Under the pieces are notes generated by a model. It saw only the letters and a list, made by a program, of their open reading frames with translations. It was not told the DNA's origin and made no database searches. A stretch of DNA of 64,000 bases. Source: Squalus acanthias (lineage: Eukaryota). Shown here piece after piece: positions 38,301 to 51,472 of this stretch (its first letter is position 1; the number at the start of each line of letters is the position of its first letter). A program made the position numbers and the translations under genes. Location of the stretch: contig CM059431.1 of assembly GCA_030390025.1 (NCBI GenBank), forward strand, positions 111,850,001 through 111,914,000, written 5' to 3'.

Positions 38301-39730
38301 AGACTGTTAAATGTGGAGGGAGGGGAGGAGTTTACAAATCAAAGTAGCTTTCTTTTTTAACTCCTAACCCAACACCGTCCTTCATCTAAAACTGTCCTTC
38401 GGATGAGACGTAAATAATCTCAGGGCACTATTTTGAAGAACAGCAGGGGAGTTATCCCCAGTGTCCTGGCCAATATTTATCCCTCGATCAACATCACTAA
38501 AACTGATTATCTGGTCATTATCACAATGCTGTTTGTGGGAGCTTGCTGTGCGCAAATTGGCTGCCACGTTTCACACATTACAACATTGACTACACTTCAA
38601 AAGTACTTCATTGGCTGTAAAGCGCTTAGGGATGCCCTGAGGTCATGAAAGGGGCTACATAAATGTAAGTCATTACTTTTTTTTAACACTTGTGAAACCT
38701 TTAGAGGATCTGACATATTTAGGTCAGTGCAGTGCCTCAGACTCCTTCAGCTTATGTCAGCCATGAGACTCCATTGGCTGAGTATCTGCCCCGAGTGTGA
38801 ATCAGTCTCTCTCTTTTCCTGGCTATTGATCCAGAGCAGCCTTTTTAAACACACTAGGCTGGATTTTACCAGCCCACGGAGGCGGGACTGCTGGGAAAAT
38901 CCCAAAAAAATGGGAGCGAGTCCCAAACCCGCTCCCAACCCACCTCCAACCAATCTTCCCGGGAGTCAGGTCCCCGATTTGCACAGGGACCCCGACTCCT
39001 AGCGGCGGGAAGAGGATTATAGCCACTTAACTGCTTGTTAACAGGCAGTTAAGAGACTTTTTTCCAGTTTTTCAACTGCTGCTGCGGGCTTCCCGACATC
39101 TGGGAACTGCGCCAGGGTAAGTGAGGCATGCTGTGGGTCTGTTGTTATGTTGGTGTTTGGCTGACAGCTGCAGAAGTGGTTTGAAGGATGCAATGGGACA
39201 CTGGTGAGTATCAGAGGTAAGGAAATGTTGTGAAAGTAATTTTTAATGTGGTTAGATGTTTCTGCAGGTGACAAGCTGTGAAGTGTTTGTGTAGCCTCAT
39301 CTCATCGGGAGAAGTGACAGATGGCTTCTGCAATCTCAGCTGCAGCTGCCATCTGTTTTATCCTAAGGAGAGAGTAATTGGAGAGTCTGGGTGCAAGGGC
39401 TCAACTTTGGACAGTGATTCAGTGTTTGATAGCACCTCAATGCTGTCAAATACTGTCTGATCATCTATCAAACAGGTGTGGTGCATATGCCTTTAAGAAA
39501 ACCGGCAGATGAAGCGTCATCAACTGACGTCATCTGACACCGGCTTTCCCTTAATTGGCCGGCAAGCCCGCAGGGCGGGCTTAACAAGGCCAATCGGGAA
39601 AATAGCGTCTGTTCGTCAGACGTCACTGGGGGCGGGACTGAAACCCGAAAACCAGCAGTCCCGCCTCGAACTCGACCTGGAAGGTAAGATTCCACCCAAT
39701 GAGTAGAAACTGTTTACTAGAGGCTGCAAT

Positions 39731-40165
39731 CATAGAAACATAGAATCTAGGAGCAGGAGTAGGCCATTCGGCCCGTCGAGCCTGCTCCACCATTCAATAC
39801 GATCATGGCTGATCATCCAAATCCAGTACCCTGTCCCTGCTTTAATTCCCACAGTACACACATCCCACCCTACCCCCGTAACCCCACGTATTTAATTCCC
39901 CCTAACATATCCCATCCTATCCCCATAACCCCACATATTTAATCCCCCCCTAACACTAAGGGTCAATTTTTTTTATCATAGCCAAATCAACCTAACCCGC
40001 ACATTTTTGGACTGTGGGAGGAAACCGGAGCACCCGGAGGAAACCCACGCAGACACGGGGAGAATGTCTGTGTGGAGTTTGCACAGTCACCCAAGGTCAG
40101 ATTCGAACCCGGGTCCCTGGCGCTGTGAGGCACCAGTGCTAACCACTATGCCACCGTGTTGCCCT
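39731..40165 (-). mobile_element. V-SINE (HE1-like), near full length
   Basis: tRNA-like head (A box tggcatagtgg, B box gggttcgaatc), V-domain ctccccgtgtctgcgtgggtttcctccgggtgctccggtttcctcccacagtcc, CR1-type tail. Confidence 0.9.
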
Positions 40166-40674
40166 TCTCTGGTTATCCAGGACAAAGCAGCCCGCTTGAT
40201 TGGCACCCCATCCACCACCTTAAACATTCACTCCCTCCACCGCGTACCGTGGCTGCAGTGTGTACCATCTACAAGATGCACTGCAGCAACTCGCCAAGGC
40301 TTCTTCGGCAGCACCTCCCAAACCCGTGACCTCTGCTGCCTAGAGGGACAAGGGCAGCAGGCGCATGGCAACACCACCACCTCCAAGTTCCCCGCCAAGT
40401 CACACACCATCCTGACTTGGACATATATCGCCGTTCCTTCATCGTTGCTGGGTCAAAATTCTGGAACTCCCTCCCCAACAGCACTGTGGGAGTAGCTTCA
40501 CCACACGGACTGCAGCGGTTCAAGGCGGCGGCTCACCACCACCTTCTCGAGGGCAATTAGAGATGGGCAATAAATGCTGGCCTTGCCAGCGACGCCCACA
40601 TCCCATGAATGAAGAAAAAAAAGGTTCCAAAAATCTGAGTGCAATGACAGTGGATCCAAAACTCTCAGGTTCAA

Positions 40675-40676
<2 letters not shown>

Positions 40677-40707
<31 letters not shown>
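40677..40707. repeat. (TA)n microsatellite
   Basis: Direct reading. Confidence 0.97.
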
Positions 40708-40716
<9 letters not shown>

Positions 40717-40878
40717 TATCCGGACTACTAAAGACCCAAGAAAAATATGCGACAACCTTGTTTTTTGTCAGTAAAGGCAAGAGGCTAACAGAACTAGACA
40801 ATATTTTCATTTGATCTGCAAATGGTAAAGAGCATATTTGGAAGCAAGTAGTTATTGTAACTCTTTTTTTTCCTTCAG

Positions 40879-41035
40879 TATGAAGCCTTCAAGCAAGAAC
40901 AGGAAGCAAAAATAAAATCTGAGGGACAAAAAGTCAATCCGCAAGTTTATTTCATGAAACAGACCATCAGTAATGCCTGTGGGACTATTGGCCTTATACA
41001 TGCACTGGCTAACAATCGAGATAAACTAGAATTTG
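40879..41035 (+). CDS. UCHL3: UCHL3 exon 4 ([52 protein letters not shown]), contains catalytic Cys
   Basis: 157 nt; [15 protein letters not shown] active-site motif with Cys codon at 40978-40980; acceptor tccttcAG and donor GTGAGT. Confidence 0.98.
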
Positions 41036-42510
41036 GTGAGTATTTGGTTTATGTGAAATCTTCCACAATCAAAAGCTAAATTGTTTTGAAACCAGTGTAA
41101 GCCTTGCGTATTGTACGTGCCTGTCTCTGTCGCACTTTGCTCTTGCACCTTTCCACATTGTTTTCAGTGTCACAGAAAATCAGCAATAAGTAGAACTGAA
41201 CAGATTGGGAACATATCCATCAAACACAAAGAAAGCTGCTAAAAAGCTATCGGTGAGGGACTAAGAACACAAACGATCAGTCAACAGAACTATCAAGAAA
41301 GAAGAAAGTGAACCAATAAAATACATCCACATTTATAAAACAAATTCTTTTAGCTGCTGCCTTGGTATTTCTGTGAAGCTGAGGATTTACAACGGAAATA
41401 GGTTCATAACATAATCAAATTACAAAATTTACAAGAAAATGATTCGACTTGAATATTCAATGGCATTTAGTGTAACCACATACATGCTAAACTAGAAAAA
41501 GCTGATCATCAGCTTCAAAATAGCTGACCACTTAGAATATACAGCAATGACCTGCGAAGACAAAGACTTACACTGAGTGTGCAGCGGGACATGGTGTTGT
41601 CATAAACTAAGCTGCAGGTATATGCAACGTTCCATTACTTTTGTTGTATTACAGAGAAGCACCGTTAACAGCGGTCGGTGGTGATTTAGAAAGGGATTGT
41701 GAACAACGTTCCCGCTAAGCTGCGCGGCCGTGCAGCGGTCTGGAGGTCCCGCGCAGGCCGCTCGCCGTCTTTTACATTGAAGAAGCCGCGCATGCGCGAA
41801 AATGTGAATGGGTCACGCAGCCAGTTAAAGGGACCGCGCACGAAAACACATTGGTTGTAAATGCTGAAGACATGAGAATTATCTTCTGTGTTTTTTCCAC
41901 ACCTGATTTGGTGACATTTTCGGAGCCTGCTATAATTGAGTGAAGCTCAGGTTTTTCTTATATTAAGTAAAATGGGTCATCCACTTCAACCCCACTTATT
42001 TACAAACCTTGACTATTCCACAAGTGAGATGATGGGGGTTGGCTGTTAAAGCCAGTCCAGTTAATGCATTCATACCAGGGAATATCCAGCTCATCTCAAA
42101 AGAGCAGCTGCAACGGTATTGCAGAAAATAAACCTTCACATTGAACAATAGCAGGACATGCACCAGAAAGTTCCTTGGAGGAAACGTTTCTAGAAGCTGC
42201 TTATTTTTTTTGAGGATAAACCCTAAATAAACACTCCTAGTTTGTTTCTGAGAATCCCAGTTACAGGTTATTCTTAAATTCTTCACCCTCAAGTTTGTGG
42301 GCAGCGAACAACAGGAAAAGGTAACATCTGATTGGTTGCAGTCCTGCCCTCCAACTTATCTGGTTCTGACCGCCTTCAGTCCCACTTTCCAAATGATCTG
42401 ATAGGTTGATACTGACATACTGATTTTTATCCTTGTGTTTAAATCTCTTCATGGCTTCGCCCCCCCTCTCTATCTCTGGAACCACCGCCCCCCAACACTC
42501 CGTTTCTCTT

Positions 42511-44731
42511 ATAATGAAAACAGAAAATGCTGGAGATACTCAGCAGGTCAGGCAGCATCTGTAGAGAGAGAAACAAAGTTAACGTTTCAAGTTGATGGCC
42601 CTTCGTCAGAACTGGAAAAAGCTGGCGATGGAACCGGTTTTGAAGCAAGTGTAGGGGCACGGAAAGGGGTGAGGGGAGGAAAGAATAAAAGGGAAGGACA
42701 TTGGTAGGATAGAAGGCAGGAGAGATTAAGAGACAAAAGGGATGATGGTGCAAGGCAAAAGGAGATGGTAATGGGACAAGTGAAGAAACAAAAGATGACT
42801 CTAGATGAAGTGTAAATGGCACTGGCAGAATGATCAGCAGCTGCCATGTGAGAGAGAGAAAAAGAATGATAGGGGCAGAGGTTATGGTGTGAAATTGTTG
42901 AACTCGATGTTGAGTCCAGAAGGCTGTAAAGTGCCTAATCGAAAGATGAGGTGCTGTTCCTCGAGCTTACGTTGAGCTTCATTGGAACAGTTTAAGAGGC
43001 CGAGGACTGAGAAGTCAGAGTAGGAGTGGAGCGGAGAATTAAAGTGACAAGCGACCGGAAGCTCGGGGTCACCCTTACGGACTGAATGGAGGTGTTCCGC
43101 AAAGCGGTCAGCCAATCTGCGTTTGGTTTCCTCAATGTAGAGGAGACCGCATCGTGAGCAGCGAATACAGTATACTAAATTGCAAGAAGTACAGGTAAAT
43201 CGCTGTTTCACCTGGAAGGGGTGTTTGGGGCCCTGGACAGTGGGAAGGGAGGAGGTAAAAGGGCATGTGTTGCATCTCCTGCGCTTGCACGGGAAGGTGC
43301 CGTAGGAAGGGTGTTGGGGGTGATAGAGGAGTGGACCAGGGTGTCGCGGAGGGAGCGGTCCCTTCGGAATGTTGAAAGGGGAGGTGAGGGGAAGATGTGT
43401 TTGGTGGTGGGATCACGCTGGAAGTGGCAGAGGATGATCCGTTGAATGTGGAGGCTGGTGGGGTGAAAGGTGAGGACAAGGGGAACCCTATCATGGTTCC
43501 GGGAGGGAGGAGATGGGGTGAGAGCAGAAGTGTGGGAAATAGAACGGACACGGTCAAGGGCCGTGTCAACCACGGTAGAGGGGAATCCTCGGTTGAGGAA
43601 AAAGGAAGACATGTCGGAAGCACTAGTATGGAAGGTGGCATCGTCAGAGCAGATGCGGTGGAGACAGAGAAACTGGGAGAATGGAATAGAGTCCTTTACA
43701 GGAAGCTGGGTGGGAGGAAGTGTAGTCCAGGTAGCTGTGGGAGTCAGTGGGCTTATTGTGAATGTTTGTTAAAAGCCTATCCCCAGAGATGGAGACAGAG
43801 AAGTAGAGGAATGGAGGGGAAGAGTCGGAGATGGACCATGTGAAGGTGAGGGAAGGGTGGAAATTGGAAGCAAAGTGAATGAAATTTTCTAGTTCAGGGC
43901 AAGATCAGGAAACGGCACCAATACAGTCATCAGTGTACCGGAAAAAGAGCTGAGGGAGGGAACCCGAGTAGGACTGGAACAAAGAATGTTCCACATATCC
44001 CACGAAAAGGCAGGCATAGCTAGGACCCATGTGGGTTCCCATAGCAACACCTTTAATTTGAAGGAAGTGAGTGGAGTCAAAGGAGAAGTTGTTCAATGTG
44101 AGAACAAGTTCAGCCAGGCGGAGGAGGGTGGTGGTGGATGGGGACTGGTTGGGCCTCTGTTCAAGGAAGAAGCGGAGCGCCCTCAGGCCATCCTGGTGGG
44201 GGGTGGAGGTGTAGAGGGATTGTACGTCCATAGTGAAAAGGAGACGGTTGGGGTCAGGAAACTGTTAAAGTGGCGGAAGGCATCGAAAGAGTCGCGGATG
44301 TAGGTGGGAAGAGACTGGACAAGGGGAGAAAAATGAGTCAAGATAGGAAGAAATCAGTTCCGTGAGGCAAGAACAGGCTGAAAGGATGGGTCTACCAGGG
44401 CAGTCCTGTTTGTGGGGTTGGGGAACTATGAGGTTGGTGGCCGTGGAGGGAAGATCTCCAGAGGAAATGAGGTCCGTGACAGTCTTGGAAACGATGGCTT
44501 GATGTTCAGTAGTGGGGTCATGGTCCAGGGGGAGGTAGGAGGAGGTGTCAGAGAGTTGCCGTTCAGCCTTCGCTAGGTAGAGGTCGGTTCGCCAAACAAC
44601 AACAGCGCCACCCTTGTCAGCAGGTTTAATGACAATATTGGGGTTGGATCTGAGAGAATGGAGTGCTGCAAGTTCAGAGGGAGGTAGGTTGGAGTGGGTA
44701 AGGGGAACAGAGAAATTGAGATGGCCAAAGT
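42511..44731 (-). mobile_element. Penelope-like element, 5'-truncated: RT plus GIY-YIG endonuclease plus terminal repeat, inserted into an L2 fragment
   Basis: KPADKGGAVVVW, MDVQSLYTS, GVAMGTHMGPSYA, FFRYTDD; GIY-YIG-type NLVYCIRCSRCGLLYIEET..RFAEH..GLN; 15-bp TSD cactccgtttctctt at 42496-42510 and 44732-44746. Confidence 0.95.
42577..42613 (-). ncRNA. Hammerhead motif in the Penelope terminal repeat, stem II partly decayed
   Basis: aguu CUGACGA agggccaucaacuu GAAA cguu aacu. Confidence 0.6.
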
Positions 44732-47700
44732 CACTCCGTTTCTCTTCCTCTGGCCTTTTTTGCTTTCCTCCCTTTGCCCCACTATTGGCAGCTGTGCCTT
44801 TAGCCATCTAGGCCCCACACTCTAGAATTCCTTACCTAAAATCCCTTCGCCTCTCCTCCTCCCTCTGCTCCCTTAATATCCTCCTTAAAAGTCACCTCTT
44901 CGACCAAGCTTTTGGTCACCTCCTCCTAATATCTCCTCCTTTGGCTCAGTGTCTATCTATTTTTCTGATTACACCTGTGTGAGGTGCTTTGGGACAGTTC
45001 TTTCTGTTAAAAGTGCTATATAAATAGGAGTTGTTACCGTTTTGAAGGGAACACTTTATTTATTTATCAACCTGTAGTTGGCAAGGAAAACTTTAAGTAG
45101 TCAAAAAATGCCTCACTGTCTCTGAACGCCTGAACCTCTTTCCAAGTTCTTTTAATGGATTTGTGCATCCCTTTCCCACCCCCTTGCAACAGTATAACCT
45201 TTGACCCACTGTGAACAACACAGAAGAGATCTGCTCCTGTAATATAATCTCCTCCAGCCCCATAACCCTCAGATATCTGAACTCCTCCAATTCTGGCCTC
45301 TTGAGCATCCCTGATTTATATTCGCTCCACTATTGGTGGCCGTGCCTTCAGCTGCCAAGGCCCTAAGCTCTGGAATTCCCTCCCTAAACCCCTCCATCTC
45401 TCTACCTCTCTCCTAATACGCTCCTTAAAACCTACCTCTTTGACCAAGCCCTAATATCTCCTTATGTGACTCGGTGTCAAATTTTGCTTTATAACGCTCC
45501 GGTGAAGCGCCTTAGGGTGTTTTACTATGTTAAGGCCCTATATAAATACAGTTGTTGTTATAAAGCAGCTGCGAATAAGTAATTTTGTTAATGATGGGAC
45601 CGAAATCCTCTGGACAGTTTAAATGTTCTGAGATTTAATCCCAGATCGGTGATAATTTAGCCGATTTCAGTTGTGGCTGCATTAAGAGCAAAACAATTAG
45701 TCCCGATGCTCCCTGGACGAGGTAGAGGAAAACTGGTCGGGGGTCCTGTTCACCATCCAGTGACTGTGCTGGATAAGGACCAAATCCAGCTCCACTGTAG
45801 TGCCTGCCAGCCATTCCTGTCGAGGCTCACGTGTATGTAATGGCTGCTTCCAAAAGGTACTGGAGGACAATTGGTGTCCTGGGACACTCGACCCCAGCAA
45901 GGAGTCAATACCGTCTGCAGTGCGAGAGGGAAAAAAGGCATTTCTGAAGTTTATATTGGAACTCTTTGTTCCCATGAGAGACATACCCACATATAAGCTT
46001 GGTGTACATAGGACAGTTTGGATCATGGGCAACTTGTAAATCATTCCATGTAATAAAGCTGATAACATTGTGGGAATTGTTGGGCGGAATCAACTGTGAC
46101 AGTCCAATAGAACTGAATCATCCAAGGTGGAGTAGGTCTTAACTGCATCTTAAAGAAATCCTGTATAAGACTGAATGAATAATGACAAAATTCTGAGAAC
46201 ATCCTAGCAGACCCTATTTCATGTTCAGTTGCTCGAATGTGGGGTGGGGGCGGAGAACTTAAAAAAAATAAAATAACCACAGAAGCTTACAGCATGACAG
46301 GAGTCCGTTCAGTTCATCATGGCTGTGCCAGCTCTTGCCTAGAGCAGCCCAAAACAATCCTGCTGCCCTGCTCTCACCTCAGCCCTGTATCATCATTTGC
46401 TTAAAATGCTTATCCACTTATCCTTTTAAAAGGTACAGCGGTCTCTGCCTCAGTCACTCCCTTTAACAACTGTCGCCTCACTCTCTCTTAGTAAAGATTT
46501 TAAATTGATAACCTCTTGTCACTGACTCCCAACTAGAAGAATTGGTCTTTCCCCATATACTTCATCAAAACCCTTCATCTTTTTAAAATCCCTTATTAAA
46601 TCCCCATATAGCCTCCTCTGCTCCAGTGGAAATAGTCCCAGTATCTCGAACCTGCCCTCCGAGCTATAGTTTCTGACCCCTCTGTTGCTTTGATGTCCAA
46701 AACTCTACACAGTACTCCAACTGTGGCCAGGCCATTGCCTTGTACAAATTTATCATTACCTTTTTACTCTATGCCCCTATTTATCAAACTGAAAATGCTA
46801 TTGGCCTTTATATGTACCTGCACTCGCACTTTCAAGCAATAATTTATTTGAACCTCAAGATCGTTATGTTCATCCACACCCTTCAGCATCTTTCCATTGG
46901 AGTGTTTACTCCCAATCCTTGTTTCCTCACAAAGTTGTGAGCAGCTGAGAAGTACTGCACTGGAAGCATTGGACCAGGCCCTCAACAACCACCATCAGTC
47001 TTCAGTCATCAATGGTAGGGTGGGCCAGCTGTGAGCAAGTGCACCTACCTATTTTCTATTTTTCTGGGAAAAGTGATTTGTTCTTACGAAGAGCACTCTG
47101 GGATAAGGCCACATTAATGAATGCGGCTTTCTGTTTATATAGCCAGTAACAAAAGCTTGCTAGATTTATAAAAATCACAAATGAAATACAGTTCCTCTCG
47201 CAGCAACACAAGCAATCCATGCTGACTGATGACTAAAGCATCTTAAGTCTGAGGATATTTGAGGGGTCAGATTAGGACCTTTGGCAATGTTCCGATTGCT
47301 GATGAAACAAATCTAGCATTTGGTCCCAACTCTGAATTTGTGACCCAGTTTCTAAGTATGGTCAATAATTCTTCACTCAATAGTGTTGTATCTCTCTTTC
47401 CCACACTAATTGTATGACCCATCATTTGTACCATTGGCACTAAGATCGGAAACTCCTGTCAGAGTTAACATTTTTTTGTACCTAAAATAGGCCATATGCA
47501 GAGAACCAAATGTTAAAGATTAAGTATTTTAATTCACCTTTAACTCTTCAATGTCAAAGTAATTGGCACTCGTCATCTCCATTTTGCTGTTTTGTTTAAA
47601 ATGTGTGACTGATCAAAACTGCCAGTAGCTCTTTTGGTTTCTTACCATGATCTGTTCCATTAATTTATTTTTACTCCTGTGATATTTATTTTTTTCTTCT

Positions 47701-48281
47701 CCCTTCCCTTTCTCAGTGTATGTGGAGGTGCATTTCCATGGGTGGTCACAGTCCTCCAGAACCTGAACTCCCTGACCCCCATCACCCCAAATGCCCATTG
47801 TGGGCAAGCGTTGATAGTGAGTGTCAGAAGAGCATTCAGTTGTAGGAACTGTTGCAACTGAGTGCAATCCTTGGCAGAGAAGGGCACTTCCAGCAGCGGA
47901 TGTGCTGTGATCAGGAGTAGAAACCCTGACCATTGCTTTAGTTCCTTTCTTTAGCGGGGTGGTTGGTGGGTTAATCCCAAATGTAAACCCATCTGAGGTT
48001 AGCAAACTTCTGGTAGGCTGTTGGTTGAACCTTCCGCGCCAGTGTGGCTCACCAGTATCACCATGCAGTACATTTACCCACAGAGACATCTCAAAAAATG
48101 GGGTTGGTCTTGTTGATGTCAATTATTTATGCAAAATTTTTCTTATCTTAACTTATTTTTAATGAAGAAAGATACTTCAGGATGTTGGTGTTGCCTCCAT
48201 GCAAAATATACTGTCGTTCATTCGTACAGTTACGCAGTTATTAATGTAGTCATTTATTTTTTGGCACTATATTTTTGGCAG

Positions 48282-48367
48282 AAAGCGATTCAGTTATGAA
48301 AAAGTTTTTGGAGGATTCGGCCAACTTAACTCCCGAAGAAAAAGCAAAGTACCTAGAAAAAGATGAG
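48282..48367 (+). CDS. UCHL3: UCHL3 exon 5 (ESDSVMKKFLEDSANLTPEEKAKYLEKDE)
   Basis: 86 nt; phase 1/0; AG/GT bounded; similar to recalled human [26 protein letters not shown]. Confidence 0.95.
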
Positions 48368-49283
48368 GTGACCTTTTTTTTATATATATATTATAAACAA
48401 GTGTATTTCTTTTAAGACATTGCTTTGCAGCATGTGATTTTTTTTTAATGCTTATTTTAGTGAAATGAGCTTCCGACCACACATCCGCACCGTAACTTAA
48501 ACCGCCTATTTCCACCTCCGTAACATCGCCCGTCTGTGCCCTTTGTCTCCGCTCATCCGCTGCTGAAACCCTCATCCATGCCTTTGTTACCTCCAGACTT
48601 AACTATTCCAACGCACTCCTGGCTGGCCTCCCGTTCACCCATCACCCCTGTGCTCGCTGACCTACATTGGCTCCCGGTTAAGCAAAGCCTTGGTTTTAAA
48701 ATTCTCATCCTTGTTTTCAAATCCCTCCATGACCTCGCCCCTCCCCATCTCTGTAATCTCCTTCAGCCCCACAACTTTCCGAGATATCTGCACTCCTCTA
48801 ATTCTGCCCTCTTGAGCATCCCTGATTATAATCGCTCAACCATTGGTGGCTGTGCCTTCAGCTGCCTAGGCCCCAAGCTCTGGAATTCCCTGCCTAAACC
48901 TCTCTGTCTCTACCTCTCTTTCCTCTTTTAAGACGCTCCTTAAAACCTACCTCTGACCAAGCTTTTGGTCACCTGCCCTAATTTCTCCTTATGTGGCTTG
49001 GTGTTTTATAACGCCCCTCTGAAGTGCCTTGGGACGTTTCACTACGTTAAAGGTGCTATATAAATTCAAGTTGTTGTTGTTGTTGAAGTAATATTAAATC
49101 TTTTTAAGATTCTTGAAATAAATCTAGTTGCTAACAAACTAGCTACAGGCTCTTGCTATAAATAATATGAACAGATATACTGGCTCGTCAATAAATTTGA
49201 AATTGAGATTAAAATGCCTTTTTTGTGTGGGGGGGGGGGAAGGGACAAAGAAAAGTGCTTAGTAGTGTTTGTGTTTTTTTCAG

Positions 49284-49331
49284 AGTATTCGTGTTACACA
49301 CGAGTTCAGTGCACAGGAAGGGCAAACTGAG
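49284..49331 (+). CDS. UCHL3: UCHL3 exon 6 (SIRVTHEFSAQEGQTE); later exons not found in the window
   Basis: 48 nt; acceptor tttttttcAG and donor GTAGGT; matches recalled human AIRVTHETSAHEGQTE. Confidence 0.96.
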
Positions 49332-49529
49332 GTAGGTGTATTTATTTCACCTTTGATCTATCCTTGTGCGTATTAACAAATCTGTTTAAAATCCCTAATG
49401 TGTCATTTCACACATGGATGAGAATTGAGGGAAGGTGGTGCCAGTATTTTTGAGAATGCTGTTTAGGTGGGTGGGCTCAGGGCCGGGAACGACGGCGATC
49501 AAGAGGATCGTTTAATGTGACCTTTGATG

Positions 49530-49935
49530 TAGATTGGGCCTATACCCTCCGAAGCTTAGAAGAATGAGAGGTGATCTCATTGAAACATACATAATTCATA
49601 GAGGGCTTGACAGGGTAGCTGCTGAGAAGTTGTTTCCCCTGGCTGGAGAGTCGAGAGCTCGGGGGCATAGTCTCAGGATAAGGGGTCAGCCATTTAGGAC
49701 TGAGATGAGGAGAAATTTCTTCACTCAGAGGGTGGTGAATCTTTGGAATTCTCTACCACAGAGAGCTGTGGATGCTCAGTCATTGAGTATATTCAAGGCT
49801 GAGATTGAAGGATTTTTGGACTCTAGGGGAATCAAGCGATATGGGGATCGGGCGGGAAAGTGGAGTTGAGGTCGAAGATCAGCCATGATCTTATTGAATG
49901 GCGGAGCAGGCTCGAGAGGCACTCCTGCTCCTCCC
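49530..49935 (+). mobile_element. CR1 3' fragment; older minus-strand CR1 remnants at ~46290-46760, ~52330-53050, ~53415-53705, ~63530-63810
   Basis: RRMRGDLIETY..RGHSLRIRG..FFTQRVVNLWNSLP. Confidence 0.9.
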
Positions 49936-51152
49936 GACTCCACGTTCAGGTAACTTACTTGCCTTCTTTGTTGCAGGTGTAGGGCTGGTTTCCCCCGAGT
50001 GCTGCCCACGCTGGCCCTGGCTGCCTCAGGACAAACCAATGTTGGAGTGGGGACCTCAAGCAGGTGTTGGGTCCTTTGCATATGCAACTAAGGGGCCTAA
50101 CGCTTGCATCAGGCATGGGTAAAGGACGCCTCTTGTTTGTCCTTACCCAGTATGGCGGCTGGCTCACTTCCTGCCTGCCATTTTGGGGCCTTAGTAAGCC
50201 ACTATGCTGCCTGTTTTCTCGGCCAGCGACTTTGAATTTGCCTGAGATTGAGAGCTGCCCAATCCAGTGAACCATGCTATCACCTAAGCTTGCTCCATCC
50301 CCAGCTGAGAGTATGAATTACTATGGATAGGTGTCTAAGGATTTGCTCCCAAACAAGGATTTGTGGCCTCCAGTGCCGCTGCTGTGTACCTCTGCTCATT
50401 GGTGACACCACAAAAAAGTGGAGCTGAGAGAGGGAGACAACCTGAAGGGTTTCCATGCAGGTCAGAAAATTGGCATTTATATAGAATAAAGTCTAAGAAT
50501 TTTTTTAATTATATATATTTTCATTAATATGGGGGGAGTGCTTTGAACTATAAGTTCTTGCCCTTTAATTTAGCAGTAACTGGAAAATTACAAACTCTGA
50601 TCTTAATAACCCTTTTTTCATGTTCACTTGTATAAATATAAAATTACACGAGTGATGTGCAAAACAGAAGTACATACAGATGTGCACTTTCTTTGTTGAG
50701 CATTGTTACCGTTTGTTTTTTATTGTAAGTAAAACATATGTTAAAAAATTTGTTCAGCTTTTATTAGATGTTTTTGATTTACAACAATTCATTCCTTTCT
50801 TTTTGCACCTGCGACCTGTTTAAGGAAACCATATCATTGAAGTCCTGTTCTGTGCTTTGGGCTCCACCAGTTCAGTTTTATATGTAGGAATGAATCCATT
50901 ATTGTGCCCTACCTTCTTGTACTCAACACAAAAAGGCAGTTCAGCCCATCCAGATCTTGTTTCAGAATCCATTTGTCTTTTCCAATACCGAACCCATAGC
51001 ATTCCCCCCCCACCCCCCCCCCCACCACACCGCTGCCTCTTGAACTGGGATTCATTCCATTCCCTTTTGAATGCTTTACCTGAATCAGTTTCCGCTGTAC
51101 TCTTGATATAGGATAGAGCACCCTGACCAGGTGCTATGACGTTCATTATGTT

Positions 51153-51472
51153 CATGATGCGGAGATGCCGGTGTTGGACTGGGGTGGACAAAAATGAGAA
51201 GTCGCACAACACCAGGTTATAGTCCAACAGTTTTATTTAAAATTACGGGCTTTCGGAGCTGCTGCCCCTTCGTCAGGTAAAGGTACAGTGAGGGAATCTA
51301 TTACACAGTATATATACACAGAGAGCAATTTGTCTGCAGAGATACAATCTTTTAGGGAGGCATTACATCAAAGACACATCAGAGTACAGCTAAGACAATG
51401 AGGTGGGTCACAGGGTCCAACGTGTCAAATGCTGCCGTCTGCAGTTGAGCTTTTAACTTTTTTTTTGTTTAT
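51153..51472 (-). mobile_element. Short Penelope-type insertion with hammerhead motif (family A, second copy)
   Basis: 12-bp TSD gttcattatgtt at 51141-51152 and 51473-51484; first ~125 bp nearly identical to 18678-18800. Confidence 0.8.

Noticed and set aside
41704..41860. hAT-like terminus caacgttcccgctaagctg
   Set aside because: No convincing matching right TIR or 8-bp TSD; too weak to call.
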